Assembly: GCA_964391935.1 (NCBI GenBank)
Contig: CAYMOA010000001.1
Coordinates: 7,860 to 42,432 of the forward strand
Reading direction: 5' to 3'
DNA length: 34,573 nucleotides
Source of the DNA: an uncultured Candidatus Saccharibacteria bacterium
GTDB lineage: Bacteria; Patescibacteriota; Minisyncoccia; Phycocordibacterales; UBA5272
Under the pieces are notes generated by a model, which saw only the letters and a list, made by a program, of their open reading frames with translations, did no database searches and had not been told where the DNA came from. The position numbers were made by a program, and so were the translations under genes. Shown piece by piece: positions 31,543 to 34,573 of this stretch. How positions within the stretch are numbered: the stretch's first letter is position 1; every line of letters starts with the position of its first letter.

Positions 31543-32881
31543 TTATCTTAAGATACTTATTTAAAATCGCTTTACGTACCTCTTCCCTGTCATCCCACGG
31601 TTCTACATGATCTTTAAAGATGATAGTTTGCTCTGCTCCCTTACAAGTAAATAACAATACGTCACCTTCTTTTGCCATTGACACTGCCATCTCAATGGCT
31701 TTTCTTCTATCAATTGTTTCAAAAATATTTTCATTTTTCTTCATTCCAAAAGACAAAGCCTTTTCCATTAGAAAATCATTTATAATTTGTGGATCCGTAT
31801 CAAATGGGTCAGACAATGTAATTATTCCAACATTTGCTTTTTCTGACAAAATTTTTACTACTCCAGTTCTTGGCTCTCTACCCCCTCCGTCACCACCAAA
31901 AACTACTATCAGACTACTCCCAGGTTTTTTAATTTTTAACAAGGTATTAACCGCATAGCCAAAAGAAACCGCTTCGTATGCATAGTCAACTACTGCAGTA
32001 AAATTTTGTCCTACATCTGGTACAAATATTTTTTCCATCCTTCCGGGAATATAATTACAGTTTTTAACACCTTGCTGTATTTCCTCTTGTTTAACCTCTA
32101 GATGCTTGGCTAAAATTATTGCTGGTAACGAATTATATACATTTACTTTCCCTAAAACAGGAACATAATATTTTTGCTCATCCATATCAAACGAAACCCC
32201 AGAATCATTTTCAATTACATTGGTAAATTTATAGTCCCCGTTTTTCTCACCATAAGAATATTTTTTATCAGCTGGGAAGTTATAAAAATAATCACCATTT
32301 TCATCATCGGTGTTTACAATAGAAACTTTTTCAACATCTACACCGTTCCATCTTTTTGTAGGTAGTTTAGTCAAATTTTCAAAAAGCAAACCTTTCATCT
32401 TTTTATATTCTTCAAATGAGTTATTGTGTGACTTTAAATGCTCTGGGAAAATATTTGTAAATACTGCTACATCATAGTAAAGTCCAAAATGTCTATTCAT
32501 TTTCATCCCCTCACTGGTGACTTCTACTAAAACTATGTCGCATCGTGCGTCCAACATTTCTCTTAAGAGTTTTTGCAAAAGAAATCGCCCAGGCATAGTC
32601 ATATGATACCAATTCATTTTCTCAACACTTCCTATCTTTATATTCGCTGTAGATATTAAACCTACCTTGTAACCACCCTCGGTTAAAACATGCCATAAAA
32701 AGTTGAGAGTCGAAGTTTTTCCTTTTGTACCAGTAACAGCAACCACTAACATTTCTTTACTTGGGTTGCCATAATAAACTTGGGCCAGATAAGCAAGCAC
32801 TGTGTGGTAATAAATAAAAAACATCTCCCCAAAAATATTTTGAATAACTTTTCTAATAAATCTTTTTAACTCTCTAAACAT
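31523..32881 (-). CDS. Mur ligase family protein (MurE/MurT-like)
   Basis: The P-loop VAVTGTKGKTST is present, and the central and C-terminal Mur ligase domain layout (VVFGGDGGGR, TCKGAEQ) fits. TGATATACT lies 7 nt upstream of the ATG. Confidence 0.8.
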   Translation of the reverse strand: MFRELKRFIRKVIQNIFGEMFFIYYHTVLAYLAQVYYGNPSKEMLVVAVTGTKGKTSTLNFLWHVLTEGGYKVGLISTANIKIGSVEKMNWYHMTMPGRFLLQKLLREMLDARCDIVLVEVTSEGMKMNRHFGLYYDVAVFTNIFPEHLKSHNNSFEEYKKMKGLLFENLTKLPTKRWNGVDVEKVSIVNTDDENGDYFYNFPADKKYSYGEKNGDYKFTNVIENDSGVSFDMDEQKYYVPVLGKVNVYNSLPAIILAKHLEVKQEEIQQGVKNCNYIPGRMEKIFVPDVGQNFTAVVDYAYEAVSFGYAVNTLLKIKKPGSSLIVVFGGDGGGREPRTGVVKILSEKANVGIITLSDPFDTDPQIINDFLMEKALSFGMKKNENIFETIDRRKAIEMAVSMAKEGDVLLFTCKGAEQTIIFKDHVEPWDDREEVRKAILNKYLKISEPYAK

Positions 32882-32886
32882 GATAT

Positions 32887-33903
32887 TTAGTATATCATTT
32901 TTCTTAAAATGTACAGAAAATATCTTATTCTTTTTATTGGGATATCCACAAAGTCACCGTGGAATTTTGCAAATCCACCAAACCTTTTTTTAAAATTGGT
33001 CACCCCTTGTAAACTTTGTTTTCCATAACCATTTTCAAAAATACCGCCAAAATTATATATTTCACAACCCATTTTTTTAGAATGTTTTGTTGCTTCCCAT
33101 TGCATCAGATGGTTAAACCCAAGTTCTCTTTTTTCAGAAACACTTCCCGCAAAAACTAAGTTGGCAACTTTATCAGCAATTACAATCAAAGCTACAGACA
33201 TATATTTGTCCTCCAACTTTGTAAAAACTAAAAACTTTTTTATATCCTCTGAAGTTTGATTGTTTGCAAATATTTGTTTGTAATAATTTTCTTCATAAAG
33301 TGAAAAACCATCTCGCTCACTTGTCTCTTTTAAAAGATTCCAAAAATCTGAAAAATGACTTTCTAAATTCTCTTCTATAATTTCTATTTTAATATTTTCA
33401 CGTTCTGCTCGGCGTATAGAATATTTATTATCTTTATGTATTCTATTTAATAAATTTTCTTCTGTATCATTTAAGTTTAACCACCACTCTACTCGTGGTT
33501 GAAAAATCCCCTCTCTCGCAAAACTTTTTTTAGGAGGGTATATTTTTGTTTGAAGTGATGCAGAAAAAATATGGAACGTAGAGGATAAGGCACTATGTTC
33601 ATCTGCCTCGGAGTTACTTATTTTTTCTGCATCATATTTTTCTAATCTAACAAAAACACAATTTTCTTTTTTTGCGAGGTCTTTTAAATAATTTAAAATT
33701 TCTGTTTCTACCCCCCTTAATCCCCCCTTAGTAAGGGGGGAAACTAGAGCAGGCCCATAAGGTACATACAAAACTTTTCCAATTTTAAGATTTATAATTA
33801 AGCTAGCACAAACAGAAGAACCAAACTCTTTGTAAAAAGTTTTTTCTCCGACCGCTTCGTGCCAACTTAGGTATTCTCTTGTCTGGGTAAAAGGAATATT
33901 CAT
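32887..33903 (-). CDS. FemAB-family peptidoglycan peptide-bridge aminoacyltransferase, carrying an in-frame repeat insertion
   Basis: The pattern is FTQTREYLSWHEAVG..., YVPYGP..., FAGSVSEKRELGFNHLMQWEATKHSKKMGCEIYNFGGI. The start is moved to the ATG at 33903, 8 nt after TGATATAAT. The segment SPLTKGGLRGV is encoded by hairpin element copy I. Confidence 0.75.
   Translation of the reverse strand: MNIPFTQTREYLSWHEAVGEKTFYKEFGSSVCASLIINLKIGKVLYVPYGPALVSPLTKGGLRGVETEILNYLKDLAKKENCVFVRLEKYDAEKISNSEADEHSALSSTFHIFSASLQTKIYPPKKSFAREGIFQPRVEWWLNLNDTEENLLNRIHKDNKYSIRRAERENIKIEIIEENLESHFSDFWNLLKETSERDGFSLYEENYYKQIFANNQTSEDIKKFLVFTKLEDKYMSVALIVIADKVANLVFAGSVSEKRELGFNHLMQWEATKHSKKMGCEIYNFGGIFENGYGKQSLQGVTNFKKRFGGFAKFHGDFVDIPIKRIRYFLYILRKMIY
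33710..33740 (-). repeat. hairpin-plus-G-tail element, copy I (inside the FemAB CDS)
   Basis: On the plus strand: accccccttaa + tcccccctta-g-taagggggg. On the coding (minus) strand the order is hairpin then tail, which translates as SPLTKGGLRGV. Confidence 0.7.
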
Positions 33904-33958
33904 TTGCAAACATTATATCAGATTAAAAACTTTTAAACTGTAAAATACCACTAAAATC

Positions 33959-34354
33959 CTAAAACGGATCCCAATTTGGGTCATTCTTATTTTTCATAAT
34001 ACGAAGCCGACTTTGTAATTTATCAACTAATTCTTGACCGAAATCTATATAAAATACATTATCATATGAATCATATTTTAATGTTGCTCCATTTCTAATA
34101 AAAAAATTAAGGCAACGATTAACTCTTTCCTCTGATGATTCACTTTTCTCTTTTATTATACCATTTGTACCATGAATGACATTATGGAACATTTTATTTA
34201 ATTGTAAATGACAACTTACAAATCGATAATCAGGTTCTCCACGTTCCCTTAAATTAGCAAGCGATGAAATTAACCCTCCGTACTCTTCAAAGATAGCATC
34301 GGCCTCTTTTTCAAAATCAGAATTAGGTTGAGATACTTTTGTTTCTATAGTCAT
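33959..34354 (-). CDS. hypothetical protein
   Basis: 131-aa ORF with no recognisable motif. Its upstream region carries the (TA)10 tract. Confidence 0.45.
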   Translation of the reverse strand: MTIETKVSQPNSDFEKEADAIFEEYGGLISSLANLRERGEPDYRFVSCHLQLNKMFHNVIHGTNGIIKEKSESSEERVNRCLNFFIRNGATLKYDSYDNVFYIDFGQELVDKLQSRLRIMKNKNDPNWDPF

Positions 34355-34396
34355 AAATTTTTATTTTTTAAATATTATCTAGTAATATTTTTATAG

Positions 34397-34416
34397 TATA
34401 TATATATATATATATA
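34397..34416. repeat. (TA)10 dinucleotide microsatellite
   Basis: An uninterrupted tatatatatatatatatata run lies 43-62 nt upstream of the ATG at 34354, immediately downstream (minus strand) of a TTGACT hexamer (34426-34421). Confidence 0.85.
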
Positions 34417-34430
34417 TTAAAGTCAATGAT

Positions 34431-34461
34431 AAAAAAATGCTTATTTTGTAAGCATTTTTTT
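34431..34461 (-). terminator. bidirectional-looking rho-independent terminator
   Basis: An A7 run precedes the stem atgctta (34437-34443), loop ttttg and stem taagcat (34449-34455), followed by T6. It lies downstream of the partial minus-strand CDS. Confidence 0.7.
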
Positions 34462-34469
34462 ATAGATTT

Positions 34470-34573
34470 TTATTTCTCGTCTACTTTTACAGGTATTTTG
34501 TAAGTACGAAGAATTCCCTCAAACTCATCACGCTCGATATTCTCAACTTCTATCAATCTTTTTGTTATGGCAT
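34470..34573 (-). CDS. C-terminal fragment of a protein whose start lies beyond the window (possibly FtsH-like tail)
   Basis: The minus-strand frame reads AITKRLIEVENIERDEFEGILRTYKIPVKVDEK* with the stop at 34470-34472. The L.E.E.I..DEF..I pattern is reminiscent of FtsH C-termini but is not diagnostic. Confidence 0.4.
   Translation of the reverse strand, partial: AITKRLIEVENIERDEFEGILRTYKIPVKVDEK

Noticed and set aside
1-34573. CRISPR arrays, rRNA genes, IS transposases or integrases, and UGA recoding (genetic code 25)
   Set aside because: No regularly spaced direct repeats and no rRNA-like conserved blocks were seen. No transposase or integrase motifs appear in any ORF. Conserved genes are intact under the standard code and some end in TGA.

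Overview
AT-rich, gene-dense bacterial window. The gene content and style suggest a reduced-genome, Patescibacteria/CPR-like organism: short EF-Ts, small pilin-like membrane proteins, a Gmad2 protein, a FemAB plus Mur-ligase pair, and almost no Shine-Dalgarno sites. Housekeeping genes are rpsB-tsf, infC-[methyltransferase]-rpmI-rplT, rpmA, typA, recG, folD, rnj, secG, an RsuA/RluB-type pseudouridine synthase, a Mur ligase and a FemAB-family transferase. These are interspersed with hypothetical and accessory genes. There are two tRNAs: a non-canonical Cys-GCA and Lys-CUU. TGA is used as a stop codon (for example at 2334-2336 and 25098-25100), so the standard code applies. No rRNA, CRISPR array, transposase or integrase was seen. 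Main hunt results follow. (1) A dispersed family of GC-rich hairpin-plus-G-tail elements has at least 8 copies. Two copies sit in frame inside folD and the FemAB gene. An inverted pair brackets a decayed DUF559/Vsr-like endonuclease pseudogene. (2) A roughly 160-nt GC-rich structured RNA candidate carries its own promoter, terminator and a competing anti-terminator helix. (3) A roughly 105-115-nt structured repeat with an identical 40-nt hairpin lies upstream of the TfoX-like gene and of an unknown 362-aa gene. (4) A near-identical promoter/operator module (20-bp palindrome) is shared by an arsR-family gene and a glutaredoxin-like gene. (5) An MMT/MmtN-like methyltransferase is inserted in the infC-rpmI-rplT operon. 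(6) An orphan PemK/MazF-like toxin gene faces a convergent, consensus-promoter small RNA candidate. (7) TGnTATAAT boxes sit 6-10 nt upstream of many start codons, implying leaderless transcripts. All calls are by eye from the sequence and the ORF track. Family assignments rest on remembered motifs and need profile searches.
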